Source: Candidatus Latescibacterota bacterium
Lineage (GTDB): Bacteria; Latescibacterota; UBA2968
NCBI GenBank assembly: GCA_965205975.1
Contig: OZ242195.1
Span: 4,864,001 to 4,928,000 of the forward strand
Length of the DNA: 64,000 bases
Direction: 5' to 3'
Part shown: positions 29,416-39,789 of the stretch, in pieces
Position numbering within the stretch: the first letter of the stretch is position 1
Layout of the letters: the number at the start of each line of letters is the position of its first letter
Notes under the pieces: model-generated
Database searches by the model: none
Told to the model about the DNA's origin: nothing
The model's input: only the letters and a program-made list of their open reading frames with translations
Position numbers and translations under genes: made by a program

Positions 29416-30195
29416 ATGGCAATAGCACTGATTACGGGCGCGTCGAGTGGTATTGGTTTGGAATTGGCGCGGGTGTTTGCGGCTGATGGGGTTGATGTGA
29501 TTTTGTCGGCGCGGTCCGAGGATAAGTTGCAGGCGCTGGCGAGAGAAGTGCAGGAGAAGTATGCTGTAAAAGCTGAGGTGATTGTGGCCGATTTGTCGGT
29601 GCCGGGCGAGGCAAAGAAGGTTTATGACCGGGTCGCGGAGATGGGATGGAATGTGGATTATCTGGTGAATAATGCCGGGTTTGGGGTTTATGGTTTTTAT
29701 GCGGAAACAGATTGGATGGCCGAAGCGGATATGTTGCAGGTGAATATTGTCGCTTTGACGCATTTGACTAAGTTGTTTTTGCCTGGTTTGATCGATAGGG
29801 GGCGGGGAAGAATTTTGAATGTGGCTTCGACTGCGGCGTTTCAGCCCGGTCCGAGGATGGCTGTGTATTTTGCGACTAAGGCGTATGTGCTGTCGTTTTC
29901 AGATGCGATTGCCAATGAGTTAAAGGGTACGGGTGTGAGCGTGACTGCGCTGTGTCCAGGGGCAACGGAGACGGGGTTTCAACGCGCTGCGGGTGCAACG
30001 GGTTCGCGTTTGTTTGATATGCGCGGATTGCCCACGGGTGCCGATGTGGCAAAATATGGGTATGGAGCTATGCAAAAGGGAAAGCGGGTCGCTATTCACG
30101 GGTTGGTCAGTAAGATACTGGCTTTTACCGTGCGCTTATTACCCCGACGGATTGTTGCCGCAACGACGAGAGCGTTGATTGCGAGGAGTGATTAA
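29416..30195 (+). CDS. Short-chain dehydrogenase/reductase
   Basis: TGASSGIG, NNAG, YFATK. Confidence 0.93.
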   Translation: MAIALITGASSGIGLELARVFAADGVDVILSARSEDKLQALAREVQEKYAVKAEVIVADLSVPGEAKKVYDRVAEMGWNVDYLVNNAGFGVYGFYAETDWMAEADMLQVNIVALTHLTKLFLPGLIDRGRGRILNVASTAAFQPGPRMAVYFATKAYVLSFSDAIANELKGTGVSVTALCPGATETGFQRAAGATGSRLFDMRGLPTGADVAKYGYGAMQKGKRVAIHGLVSKILAFTVRLLPRRIVAATTRALIARSD

Positions 30196-31484
30196 GCCAG
30201 TGCATCTGCCTGTGTGTGGCTCGCTGACAGGAAGCGGTCCAGTTGCAGGTGCTCGGCATGGTTGGAATTGAGGCGAACGCGCAGGTGTACGTCGTTGCCC
30301 TCATAATCCCGGGTCAGTATTTCGCTGTGGGTGTATAGTTGTGAGAGGAGTTTGCCTTCACTTTGTGGCACCTGAAGTTTTAGGGTGACCGCATCGGCAG
30401 CCAAAAAATCGCATATCCGATTTTTGACCGTGTCGAGATCAGCGGCGTCGAGCGCAGAAATTGCAAGCGCATTGGAATTTTTTGCGCAGCGTTTTGCAAT
30501 TTCTTTTTGTCGTTCAGAATCCGCGAGGTCCATTTTGTTATAGACAGTCAGAGCGGGTTTGTCGTCAATTTTGAGTTTTGTGAGGACTTCGCTGACTGTG
30601 ATCATTTGCATTTTGTATTGCGAATGGCTGGCATCGACAACGTGAAGGAGCAGGTCTGCCTGTACGGCTTCTTGTAATGTGGCGCGAAAGCATGCAAAGA
30701 GGTGGTGCGGTAAGCGGTTGATAAAGCCGATGGTGTCGGTGAGCAAGATGGGGCGATGGCTGTGGACATCGACGCTGCGCGTGGTGTTGGTCAAAGTGGC
30801 AAAAAGCTGATTTTCGACCAGAACATTTTCACCTGAAAGCCCGCGCATAAGCGTGGATTTGCCCGCGTTGGTATAGCCAACGAGCACAACGTTAAAACTA
30901 TGGCTGCGTCCTTTTCGGCTGGTGTCCATTTGACGTCTCACGCGTTTGAGGCTGTCGTAGAGGGCTTTCCCGCGCTGTTCGATCCACCTGCGGGTGGTTT
31001 CGGTATGTGTTTCACCCGATCCGAGGCCTGCGCGACGTTCTGCATGGGGATTAAACTGGCGAATGCGGGGGCGCAAATAACGCAGGTGAGCCATTTGTAC
31101 TTGAATTTGCGCGGTGCGTGTGCGTGCGTGTAAAGCAAAAATATCGAGGATGAGCAGGCTGCGGTCGAGGATGCGTACTCCAATGTCGGTTTCGAGGTTG
31201 TGCATTTGCGAGGGCGAAAGGTCATTGTCAAAGATGATCGCGTCGATATCTCCCTTTTTGGCCATTTCTCGAAGTTCGTCGATTTTGCCCGAACCGATAT
31301 ATGTGGCTGGATCGGGTTTGTCGCGATTTTGCAATGTGCGATCAATTACCTCAAAGGTGGCAGTGCTGGCCAGGTGCGCGAGTTCTTCGAGAGATTCTCT
31401 GGCGCTGCGTGTGGAGATACCGCGTTGCGCCACCCCAACGAGAACAGCACGTCGTATGCCCTGTGCGTCAAAGATATGATCCAT
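30192..31484 (-). CDS. hflX: GTPase HflX
   Basis: YIGSGK, LILDIFALHA, GYTNAGKST, LFATL, DTIGF, NKMD. Confidence 0.92.
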   Translation of the reverse strand: MDHIFDAQGIRRAVLVGVAQRGISTRSARESLEELAHLASTATFEVIDRTLQNRDKPDPATYIGSGKIDELREMAKKGDIDAIIFDNDLSPSQMHNLETDIGVRILDRSLLILDIFALHARTRTAQIQVQMAHLRYLRPRIRQFNPHAERRAGLGSGETHTETTRRWIEQRGKALYDSLKRVRRQMDTSRKGRSHSFNVVLVGYTNAGKSTLMRGLSGENVLVENQLFATLTNTTRSVDVHSHRPILLTDTIGFINRLPHHLFACFRATLQEAVQADLLLHVVDASHSQYKMQMITVSEVLTKLKIDDKPALTVYNKMDLADSERQKEIAKRCAKNSNALAISALDAADLDTVKNRICDFLAADAVTLKLQVPQSEGKLLSQLYTHSEILTRDYEGNDVHLRVRLNSNHAEHLQLDRFLSASHTQADALA

Positions 31485-31530
31485 GTTGTCTCCTGAGTTT
31501 TAGTTATATTCATAATAATAAGGTGAAGAT

Positions 31531-32061
31531 ATGTTGATGCAAAGCGAAATCGCCGGGATAGGACGGCGTCTGTTGGCAACGGTGTTGGATTTTGTGATTT
31601 TGCACCTGGTGCTGACGGTGGTTCTGCGCAATATGCTGCTGTCGCCTGCGGGGGTGTGGATGGTGGATTTTATTTTTATTGTGATATATTCAGCGATATT
31701 TGTGGGGCTTATGGGTCAGACGCCGGGCAAGATGTTGTTGAGATTGCGCGTGATTGATGCCCACGGTGGCGGGTTGAATTATGTGCAGACGTTTCGACGT
31801 GCGATGGTGAAATGGTCGCCGGTTTTTGTGCTGTTTATTGTGATGGCTCTGTTGACGCCAGAGGAGGTGTACCAGCGTCCCGCGGATGGAGAAGTGATGG
31901 ATACCGTTGAAGTTGATGCGCAATCGGCTGTGGCTTCATCTACTGCGATGGTGATCGGTACGGTGGGGTGGTTGGTGTTGATTCACATGGCGCGCCGCCA
32001 TCCCGATGGACAGGGGATTCACGATCGCGTAGCAGAGACTTTTGTGATTAGAACGGGGTGA
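31531..32061 (+). CDS. RDD family membrane protein
   Basis: RRLLATVLD, GQTPGKMLLRLRV, QGIHDRVAETFV. Confidence 0.9.
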   Translation: MLMQSEIAGIGRRLLATVLDFVILHLVLTVVLRNMLLSPAGVWMVDFIFIVIYSAIFVGLMGQTPGKMLLRLRVIDAHGGGLNYVQTFRRAMVKWSPVFVLFIVMALLTPEEVYQRPADGEVMDTVEVDAQSAVASSTAMVIGTVGWLVLIHMARRHPDGQGIHDRVAETFVIRTG

Positions 32062-32064
32062 AAA

Positions 32065-34368
32065 TTACCGGGTGCCTGGCACAAAGAAGACAGCATCTTT
32101 TTTTGTGGTCTGGTCGGTGTTTTTGTCTGTGATTGTGAGTTTGAGGGTGTAGCGTCCAGATGCGAGGTTGGTGAGGGGCATTTCGAGATAGGTGTTTTCG
32201 TCGGGGTTTGTACCGGCTTGATCAAAGCTGAGGCCAACGGCCTCGGTATTTTTTTGGCCCAATTTGGCGAGGAGGGATACGAGTGCGAAACCGGCTTCCT
32301 GGCGTTTTTGTACTTCGTATGAGATGGTGTATCGCGTCTGTCCAAATTCGTCGCGTTTGAGGTTGTAGATTTCAAAGTAAACGTACATGGACATGCCGGG
32401 GACAAAGGTTGCCGAGGGCTGCGGCTGAATGTATAGGTCGCCGCGCACAAAGGATGTGTCGGGTGCGCGATCCGCTTCGATGATGAGGGAGGCGATCTGG
32501 ATGTCGCTCATCATCAGATGGCTTTTATCGTGATAGTCGGGCAGGTGAAGATCGGGCTGACGATATGCGCCAACACGGTTGGTATTTTGACGCCACGCTT
32601 CAACGGCCAGTTCATATTCCCCGGGTTCGGCGATGTGATGCACGCCGCTGAGGGCTTGTAAACCCCGGTCTCTAATATCATCGGTGATGTCGATGGCCAA
32701 TGCGCTTTTGGTGTTCTGAAAATTGAGGGCGCGGGGATAGATAAGCGCGGTGCGGCGTTCGACGACTACAGTGGTGTCCGGATCTGTGGGCAGGGCCACA
32801 TTGTCTAAAGGCAGGCCAAATATGACCTGCAATTCGGTTTTGTTCTCCGGTCCCCGGAAGGTGAGGGTGTCGAAGTAAAAGTCGAGAGGGTCGAGTGCTT
32901 CTATGCTGTACAATTCGGGTTCTATTGCGGCGAGCGATTGGGCGAGGGTGGCGGGGTTAAATTCGTTGAGGCGCTGGATAACGCTCATGTACGAGCGTCC
33001 GGAGGATTCGGCATTGGCGAGGTCTTCTTCGGTTAGCGATGGGACGGGGGCAAAATCGAAGTTTCCGCCCAGAAATTCATCGGTAAATGTAAATTCTGCG
33101 CCCTGTCCGAGGTTTTTATATACCCACACTTCCCAGGGTACAGAGGTCCAACCGCTGGTCGTTGTGACGGGGCGGTAGTCGGTAAAGCCCATATTGCCCA
33201 CGCGACCTATGCCACCTTGCTCCATGGTGCGAATCGGATAGACGGGACCGACGAAGTTTGCCTCAATGCCCGCATCGCCGTAAATCGCATACGCTCTTTG
33301 TTCTTGAAGACGCTGTACATCGAGCGGTACGATGGCATTGAGCTTGCGAGAGGTGGAGATGTAGTCGGGTTCGCCATATCGGATGTAGATTTCTCCTCGG
33401 CGATCCCACGGCCACTTTTTGCCAAAATGGGTTCGCGCATGCCATACCCTGCGGTAGTGTTCGGCTCGGCGCAGTGCGCCTCCCGAGGTTTTAAAGAGAT
33501 CTTTTTGCAACCAGAAGCGTGTGAGAAAACGCTCGCGTTGTGTTTTGTCGTCCGAAGCCGACGCGAGGCGGTAAGCGCGTGCTTCGGCTTTTGAGCCGAT
33601 ATAAGAGATGTCGTCATAGAGGGGTTGTTCTTCTTTGGATAAGGTCTCGATATAGCGTCGAAATGCCGTTAGTGCGCCTTCGTGGTTGCGTCTTTGAATG
33701 AGGGCCTGGGCGAGCAGTGGCAGTGCGCGGGGATCTCGCATGCGCGATGTGATGTCTTCGAGGTCGCGGTATTCTTTGGCTTCGTATAGCGCGTAGGCAA
33801 ATTGGTATGCGGTTTCGTGGTCTTCGGGGTTGCGCTCGAGGTATTTTTTGTAGTAGTATAGCGCGACCTGATGCGCGCTGCCTTCTTCGCGATGGGCGCG
33901 AGCGAGCAGGAGATAGGGCGAAGCCCGGTCGGGAAATCGCGCAATGGTTTGTGAGGCCGCTTTTCGCGCACGGCTTCCCATATCTTCAAGGGCGAGCAGG
34001 GTTTTGATGAGGTCGTCGTGGGCGTCGGCGTCTGTGGTGTCGATGGCGACCGCTTTTTCGTAGTGCGACAGCGCGCGGTCGGGTTTGTTGCGCAGGTTTT
34101 GATACACGCGGCCCAGGCCCGTGTGGGCAATTGCGAGGTTGGGGCGCAAAGCGAGCACGTTTTGAAAGGCTGCTTCGGCGCTGTCGGCTTCTTCAAGACG
34201 CAAATAGAGCAGGCCCATGCGCGCATAGGTCGCCGACGAATCAGACGCGGTAGCCAGATCTGCTTTCAATTGATTGATGACGTCGTGGAGGTCGCGGTTT
34301 TGCGCGAATCCCGTGCTTGCAAAACTGATGAGGAGCAGATAGATGGTTGAGAGGAAAATTTTGTGCAT
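32065..34368 (-). CDS. Secreted TPR protein with GWxTD-like domain
   Basis: Signal peptide, TPR repeats, EHYRRV..A...F..WDRRGEIYIRYGEPD, WEVWVY. Confidence 0.8.
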   Translation of the reverse strand: MHKIFLSTIYLLLISFASTGFAQNRDLHDVINQLKADLATASDSSATYARMGLLYLRLEEADSAEAAFQNVLALRPNLAIAHTGLGRVYQNLRNKPDRALSHYEKAVAIDTTDADAHDDLIKTLLALEDMGSRARKAASQTIARFPDRASPYLLLARAHREEGSAHQVALYYYKKYLERNPEDHETAYQFAYALYEAKEYRDLEDITSRMRDPRALPLLAQALIQRRNHEGALTAFRRYIETLSKEEQPLYDDISYIGSKAEARAYRLASASDDKTQRERFLTRFWLQKDLFKTSGGALRRAEHYRRVWHARTHFGKKWPWDRRGEIYIRYGEPDYISTSRKLNAIVPLDVQRLQEQRAYAIYGDAGIEANFVGPVYPIRTMEQGGIGRVGNMGFTDYRPVTTTSGWTSVPWEVWVYKNLGQGAEFTFTDEFLGGNFDFAPVPSLTEEDLANAESSGRSYMSVIQRLNEFNPATLAQSLAAIEPELYSIEALDPLDFYFDTLTFRGPENKTELQVIFGLPLDNVALPTDPDTTVVVERRTALIYPRALNFQNTKSALAIDITDDIRDRGLQALSGVHHIAEPGEYELAVEAWRQNTNRVGAYRQPDLHLPDYHDKSHLMMSDIQIASLIIEADRAPDTSFVRGDLYIQPQPSATFVPGMSMYVYFEIYNLKRDEFGQTRYTISYEVQKRQEAGFALVSLLAKLGQKNTEAVGLSFDQAGTNPDENTYLEMPLTNLASGRYTLKLTITDKNTDQTTKKDAVFFVPGTR

Positions 34369-34606
34369 GGACAATCCTTAGTAAGTGTTGCGGTAGTTTT
34401 TACACGTTTGTTTGGGTTTTTGGTTTCTTTTAAACATTAAAAACTTTTGTCGAATTTCTCAATGACTTTTGCGGCTTATGAGGCTGTAAAGGTATAAATA
34501 TATCTAATTTTCTTGACTTAGTTGAAGGGGCGTTTTATTTTCCGTCTGAAAGCGATGTGTGCGCAGGCAGGGATGTCTATGCTCTCACTCAAATGAAAGG
34601 GCATTT

Positions 34607-35068
34607 ATGACGTTGATGGAGATTCTGTCGGGCAAGTCGGTCATTATCGGGCTTAAGGGGCAAAACAAGCGAGAAATTCTCGAAGAGCTTGTTAATGAAC
34701 TCGAAGTAGGCGATAAAATTACTGACCGAGATAAGGTACTTCAGGCGGTTTTGGACCGCGAAGATATTATGAGTACGGGTATTGGGCACGGTATTGCCAT
34801 TCCCCATGGGAAGTCGGAATATGCCACGACGTTGGGCGGTGTGTTGGGCATCAAGTCAGAAGGTATCAATTTTAATGCTTTAGATGGTAAAAAGACCTAC
34901 ATTTTTTTTCTTTTGGTTTCTCCGCTAAATGTTTCGGGACCGCATATTAAAGCCTTAGCGCGTATATCAAGAGTGCTCAAAGGAGAAGACTTTAGACAGC
35001 GTTTGATTGGCATTAGAAATCGCGAGGAGGCTCTGGCGATTATTGCGGCAGAAGATAAGAAGCACTAA
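34607..35068 (+). CDS. PTS EIIA component (fructose/mannitol/Ntr family)
   Basis: DREDIMSTGIGHGIAIPH, HIKALARISR. Confidence 0.92.
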   Translation: MTLMEILSGKSVIIGLKGQNKREILEELVNELEVGDKITDRDKVLQAVLDREDIMSTGIGHGIAIPHGKSEYATTLGGVLGIKSEGINFNALDGKKTYIFFLLVSPLNVSGPHIKALARISRVLKGEDFRQRLIGIRNREEALAIIAAEDKKH

Positions 35069-35093
35069 TAAATGTCATAAGATTTTGCCCAAT

Positions 35094-35121
35094 GCCTGCT
35101 TTTCTGTAAAGCAGGTTTTTT
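35094..35121 (+). terminator. Rho-independent terminator
   Basis: CCTGCTTT..AAAGCAGG stem plus T-tract. Confidence 0.7.
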
Positions 35122-35137
35122 TGTTTGAGCGTTTTTT

Positions 35138-37198
35138 ATGTTCGGTATTTCATTTACAAATCCAATGCTGTTGCACGGTTTGTGGGCGGCGCTGTTGCCG
35201 CTTGTGATTCATTTGTTAAATCGGCGCCGTACGGTAACGGTTTCGTTTTCAAATGTGGCACTTTTGCAAAGACTCCAGCACGACCGCATGCGACGGCTAA
35301 AATTAAAGCATCTCGCGTTGCTCATTTTGCGAACTCTGCTCATTGTTTTGCTGGTGCTGGCTTTTGCGCGTCCGACTTTGAGCGGGAGTAGTGGGCAGGT
35401 GGGCGATGCGGGAACGTCGGCGTTTATTTTGCTCGATCGTTCGTTGAGTATGCAATATCGCACAGCAGAAGGTACGTTGTTTGAGCGGGCGCTTCGCAGG
35501 GTGCAGGCTCTGTTGTCCCTGTTTGATGAGCGCGACGATGTGCGTATAGCACTGATTGACAATGACGTTGAGAAGGTTGATATGACCTCTCCAGAGCGGT
35601 TGCGGCTGCTTATGGATACGCTACAACCCGGTTTTGGCAGTACAGATTTTGAGGCGGGATTGCAATTGGCTTTGTCGCATTTGTCCGGGTCACAGATGCC
35701 CAACCGCGAGTTGTATTTTGTAACGGATCGCGCTTATAATGGGTGGATGAATTTGCCCGATACACTGTCTAATTTGGCCGATGTCTCGGTGTACATCCTT
35801 TCCGAGCGGCCTTCGCAAGTTGCCAATATCGGCATTGGGCAGATCAATACGACTTCTCCAGAGGTCGGGCGTTCAACCGCGCTGGGGATCGAACTGATCA
35901 ATTACGGCGCGGCAAATCGAGGCGATGTGCCTGTGCAGATATTTTTAGATGGTCGGCGCATTGGCCAGGATATTGCCCATGTGCCTGCGGGCGGGCGGCG
36001 CAAATTGCATACGTCGTTTGTGCCCAAAACAGGGGGGGATGTTGCCCTGCGTGTGGAAATAGGAGGAGATGATCTCGAGGCCGATAACAAGTGCGTGACA
36101 GTGTTGCGCATTCCAGAGCGCGTCCGCATTTTGCTGGTGGGGGATGCGTCCCGCGAGTCTTACTATCTCGCAGAGGCTTTGTCCGTTGTCTCAAGCGAGG
36201 TGGTGCAGGTTAAACCCGAGCGCGTATCAGATCAGGTGTTGGAAGATATTGATGTGGTTTTTTTGTGCAATGTTGCGCGGCTTTCTACAGGTGCGATTGC
36301 CGTTTTGCAAAATCGGATATCTCGCGGGGTTGGGCTGGCTATTTTCTTGGGGGATCAAATAGATGTCCGATATTATAATGAGCATGTGTTGCCCGCGCTT
36401 TTTCCCGCTAAATTACTCGGTACGCGGGGTGCGTTGTCAGGTGCTTATCAGGCTTTACAGACAGTTTTACCCGATCATCCCATGCTGTCGGGTCTGGAAC
36501 TTAAAGGGGCATTTCAAAGCCCGCGTTTTTTTGTTTCTTATCGGGTGTTGCCCGCGCAAAATGCACAATCTGTGTTGTTCTTTACTTCGGGGGCACCCGC
36601 GCTTCTCGAAGCGCGCAAGGGCAATGGGCGCGTCGTACTGTTCGCGTCTTCGGTGAGTGCGAATTTGGGATGGAATGACGCGCCGCTTTCCGGCTTTTTT
36701 GTTCCATTTGTGCATCGCCTGAGCGGATATCTGGCGGCTGGGGCGTTTGGTCGATCTGACTATCGCGTCGGTCAGGTTGTGTACAGAGATATCCGGCGAG
36801 AAAATGCTTCTGAAGCTGTTCTGCGGGCGCCGGGTGGAGAACCCAGAACAATTTGGCCTCAACAACGCGGCTTGCAATCGGTGTGGCCGGTTGGGGTAGT
36901 GGATGCGCCAGGGCTGTGGGAGATTTTTGCACGCGAGCGCGTCTCTGATCGCTTTGCAGTTCAGACTGATGAACGCGAACCCGATTTGACTCCGGTTCCG
37001 ATGGCGCGCCTCGAAGCTCTGTTTGGTAAAGACCGTTTGTGCGTTGTGGATGGCAAGGCCGATTTGAAGGAAGCGATTCTTTCCCAGAGGCATGGTCGGG
37101 AGCTTTGGCGATGGGTGTTGTTGTTGGCCTTGATGGCGATGGGTGCAGAGATGCTCGTTGCACAGTCTGCGCGCACGAGCCGCGAGACGCAACCTTGA
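35138..37198 (+). CDS. BatA N-terminal / VWA domain membrane protein
   Basis: F.NP..L..LPLVIHLLNRRR, LAFARP, LDRSLSM MIDAS, C-terminal ELWRW transmembrane segment. Confidence 0.88.
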   Translation: MFGISFTNPMLLHGLWAALLPLVIHLLNRRRTVTVSFSNVALLQRLQHDRMRRLKLKHLALLILRTLLIVLLVLAFARPTLSGSSGQVGDAGTSAFILLDRSLSMQYRTAEGTLFERALRRVQALLSLFDERDDVRIALIDNDVEKVDMTSPERLRLLMDTLQPGFGSTDFEAGLQLALSHLSGSQMPNRELYFVTDRAYNGWMNLPDTLSNLADVSVYILSERPSQVANIGIGQINTTSPEVGRSTALGIELINYGAANRGDVPVQIFLDGRRIGQDIAHVPAGGRRKLHTSFVPKTGGDVALRVEIGGDDLEADNKCVTVLRIPERVRILLVGDASRESYYLAEALSVVSSEVVQVKPERVSDQVLEDIDVVFLCNVARLSTGAIAVLQNRISRGVGLAIFLGDQIDVRYYNEHVLPALFPAKLLGTRGALSGAYQALQTVLPDHPMLSGLELKGAFQSPRFFVSYRVLPAQNAQSVLFFTSGAPALLEARKGNGRVVLFASSVSANLGWNDAPLSGFFVPFVHRLSGYLAAGAFGRSDYRVGQVVYRDIRRENASEAVLRAPGGEPRTIWPQQRGLQSVWPVGVVDAPGLWEIFARERVSDRFAVQTDEREPDLTPVPMARLEALFGKDRLCVVDGKADLKEAILSQRHGRELWRWVLLLALMAMGAEMLVAQSARTSRETQP

Positions 37199-37241
37199 CT
37201 TTTGTAATTGGTGCGCGTATTTTTTTGCATTGTAATTAGGT

Positions 37242-37293
37242 GGGCAGAGAGGTGCCCCTACACGCTGGGCGGGCACAGGGACACCGCCCCTAC
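37242..37293 (-). repeat. Two tandem GTAG-family REP-like hairpins
   Basis: GGGCA..TGCCC-CTAC and GGGCGG..CCGCCC-CTAC. Confidence 0.55.
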
Positions 37294-37316
37294 CCTGAAT
37301 GATAAAGGATGTTTTG

Positions 37317-39761
37317 ATGGCGAAAAATTTGATTATTGTCGAATCACCTGCCAAAGCGCGGACAATTTCTCGATTTGTGGGCAAGGACTACAAAGTCGCC
37401 GCTTCTATGGGGCATGTGCGCGATCTTCCCGCACGCGAATTGGGCTTTGATGTAGAGAGTTTTGATCCCAAATACGTCGTGTCACAAGACAAGCGCAGTG
37501 TGATTCAGGCGCTAAAGAAAGATATTGAAAAAGATACGACTGTATATCTGGCAACAGATGAAGACCGCGAAGGGGAATCTATTTCGTGGCATCTGATTTC
37601 TGCGCTCAAGCTCAAGAATCAGCCCATTAAGCGGATTGTGTTCCACGAGATTACCAGATCTGCGATTTTGCACGCGCTTGAAAATCCGCGCGAACTGGAT
37701 CAAAATCTGGTGGATGCACAACAGGCGCGTCGCATTCTGGATCGCGCTGTGGGATATCAGTTGTCGCCTTTGTTGTGGAGAAAGGTAAAGAGGGGATTGT
37801 CAGCCGGGCGCGTACAGAGTGTGGCGGTGCGGATTATTGTCGATCGGGAGCGGGAGATTCGGGCGTTTAAGCCAGAGGAGTATTGGAAGATTAAATCCGA
37901 TTTTAAGGATCCCAAATTTCAAGCTGAATTGACGCGGCAAAATGGCAAAAAAGCTGCTGTAAAAAATGAAGCCGAGGCCAAAGCTATTGAGGCGAGTGCG
38001 CTGCAGGGACAATTTATCGTAACAGAGGTGGTCGAGCGCGAGGGTAAGCGGCGGCCCGTGCCTCCGTTTACGACATCGACGCTGCAACAAGAGGCGTCTC
38101 GCAAGCTGGGTTTTTCCGTGGCGCAGACGATGCGGGTTGCACAACAGCTTTACGAGGGCAATTTTGAAATTCCCGAATATACCGGCGGTTTGATTACGTA
38201 TATGCGTACCGATTCGGTGAATTTGGCCGAGCAGGCGGTGAATCAGGCTCGGGAGGTGATTGCGCGGGAATTTGGCCGAGATTACACTGTGGAGAGTCCC
38301 CGGCGATTTGCCAACAGGACCAGGGGGGCACAAGAAGCGCATGAGGCGATTCGTCCGGCGGATTTGTCGATTACACCCAACCGCGTTAAAGCACATCTCG
38401 ATCCCCGACAATTTCGGCTTTACGATTTGATTTGGAAGCGTACGTTGGCGACGCAGATGGCCGATGCGCGCATTGCATATACGACGATTCGCATTCGGGC
38501 TGGTGAAGCGGGCGAATTGATTTTTGAGGCAAAGGGGCAGCGCGTTTTATTTCCCGGATTTTTGAGGGTTTATGCCGAGGGGTCCGATAATCCAGATGCA
38601 GATGTTAGCAACAAAGATGTGATTTTGCCAGAGGTTGCAAAGGGGCAGGTGCTCAATTTGGCGAAGTTGCATTTGGAGCAGTTGTTTACCAAACCGCCCG
38701 CGCGTTATACCGAGGCTTCGCTGGTGAAGAAGCTCGAGGGCGAGGGTATTGGGCGGCCTTCGACTTATTCGCCGACGATTTCAACCATTCAGAGCCGGGA
38801 ATATGTGGAACGCACGCGAGATAAGAAACTCAAACCCACAGATATCGGCGAGGTGGTGAACGATTTTTTGATGGCGCATTTTCCCGATATTGTCGATTTG
38901 GGTTTTACGTCGCATCTCGAAGACGATTTTGATGAGATTGCACAGGGCAAAAATTCATGGAAAGAGATGTTAGAAGAGTTTTATCCTCCGTTTAATGAGC
39001 GGGTGGAAGACAAAAAGTCGGTTGATAAAATTGGGCGCAATCTGGGGAAGGATCCCAATACGGGGCGCGAGGTGAGTGTGCGTTTTGGGCAGTATGGTCC
39101 CTATGTTCAAATTGGTAGTGCAGGTGAAGAAGAAAAGCCTTTGTTTGCATCTTTGCCTCCCAATCAGAGTATTTTTGATATTGAACTGGCCGATGCGCTC
39201 AAGTGTTTTGATTTGCCGCGCAAACTCGGGCAAAATGATGCGGGCGATGAGGTGCAGGTCAATATTGGTCGATACGGTCCCTATGTGCGAATAGGGCGCA
39301 AATTTTTTTCCCTGCCAGAGGGGGAAGATCTGTTTGAGGTGACACTGGATCGCGCGCTGGAGATTGCGGCGGCTGAGGAAGATCGCAAAGCGAAAAATGT
39401 GATCCGCGATTTTGACGATTTCCAGGTGCTCAATGGGCGGTATGGTCCCTATATTCGCAAAGATGGGAAGAATTACAAGATTCCCAGGGGGATGGATGCG
39501 GCGACATTGGATCGCGAGACGCTCGAAAAACTCATGCAGGGCGGGGCGGGCGGTAGGCAGTCGCAGAATGTGATTCACGATTTTGACGGGATTCAGGTTC
39601 TTGCCGGGCGGTATGGTCCTTATATTAAACACGATGGAAATAATTATCGCATTCCAAAGGGCGTGGAGGCGTCGTCTTTGACAAAGGCTGCTTGCGAGAA
39701 GATTATCGCAGAAAACCCGGCGACGAATAGGAGAAGGTCGAGCAGAAGAAGTAGGAAGTGA
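37317..39761 (+). CDS. topA: DNA topoisomerase I with C-terminal GRYGPY repeats
   Basis: IVESPAK, ATDEDREGE, SAGRVQS, ITYMRTDS, four G(R/Q)YGPY repeats. Confidence 0.97.
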   Translation: MAKNLIIVESPAKARTISRFVGKDYKVAASMGHVRDLPARELGFDVESFDPKYVVSQDKRSVIQALKKDIEKDTTVYLATDEDREGESISWHLISALKLKNQPIKRIVFHEITRSAILHALENPRELDQNLVDAQQARRILDRAVGYQLSPLLWRKVKRGLSAGRVQSVAVRIIVDREREIRAFKPEEYWKIKSDFKDPKFQAELTRQNGKKAAVKNEAEAKAIEASALQGQFIVTEVVEREGKRRPVPPFTTSTLQQEASRKLGFSVAQTMRVAQQLYEGNFEIPEYTGGLITYMRTDSVNLAEQAVNQAREVIAREFGRDYTVESPRRFANRTRGAQEAHEAIRPADLSITPNRVKAHLDPRQFRLYDLIWKRTLATQMADARIAYTTIRIRAGEAGELIFEAKGQRVLFPGFLRVYAEGSDNPDADVSNKDVILPEVAKGQVLNLAKLHLEQLFTKPPARYTEASLVKKLEGEGIGRPSTYSPTISTIQSREYVERTRDKKLKPTDIGEVVNDFLMAHFPDIVDLGFTSHLEDDFDEIAQGKNSWKEMLEEFYPPFNERVEDKKSVDKIGRNLGKDPNTGREVSVRFGQYGPYVQIGSAGEEEKPLFASLPPNQSIFDIELADALKCFDLPRKLGQNDAGDEVQVNIGRYGPYVRIGRKFFSLPEGEDLFEVTLDRALEIAAAEEDRKAKNVIRDFDDFQVLNGRYGPYIRKDGKNYKIPRGMDAATLDRETLEKLMQGGAGGRQSQNVIHDFDGIQVLAGRYGPYIKHDGNNYRIPKGVEASSLTKAACEKIIAENPATNRRRSSRRSRK

Positions 39762-39789
39762 GAGGATAGTCTGAAATTTGATCACTGCC

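Noticed and set aside
29290..29763. 158-aa N-terminal extension of the FAH-like ORF
   Set aside because: Mostly antisense to the SDR gene; the real protein plausibly starts at MKLLQF (29289)
39000..39700. Repeated sequence near the end of topA
   Set aside because: Normal topoisomerase I C-terminal GRYGPY repeats
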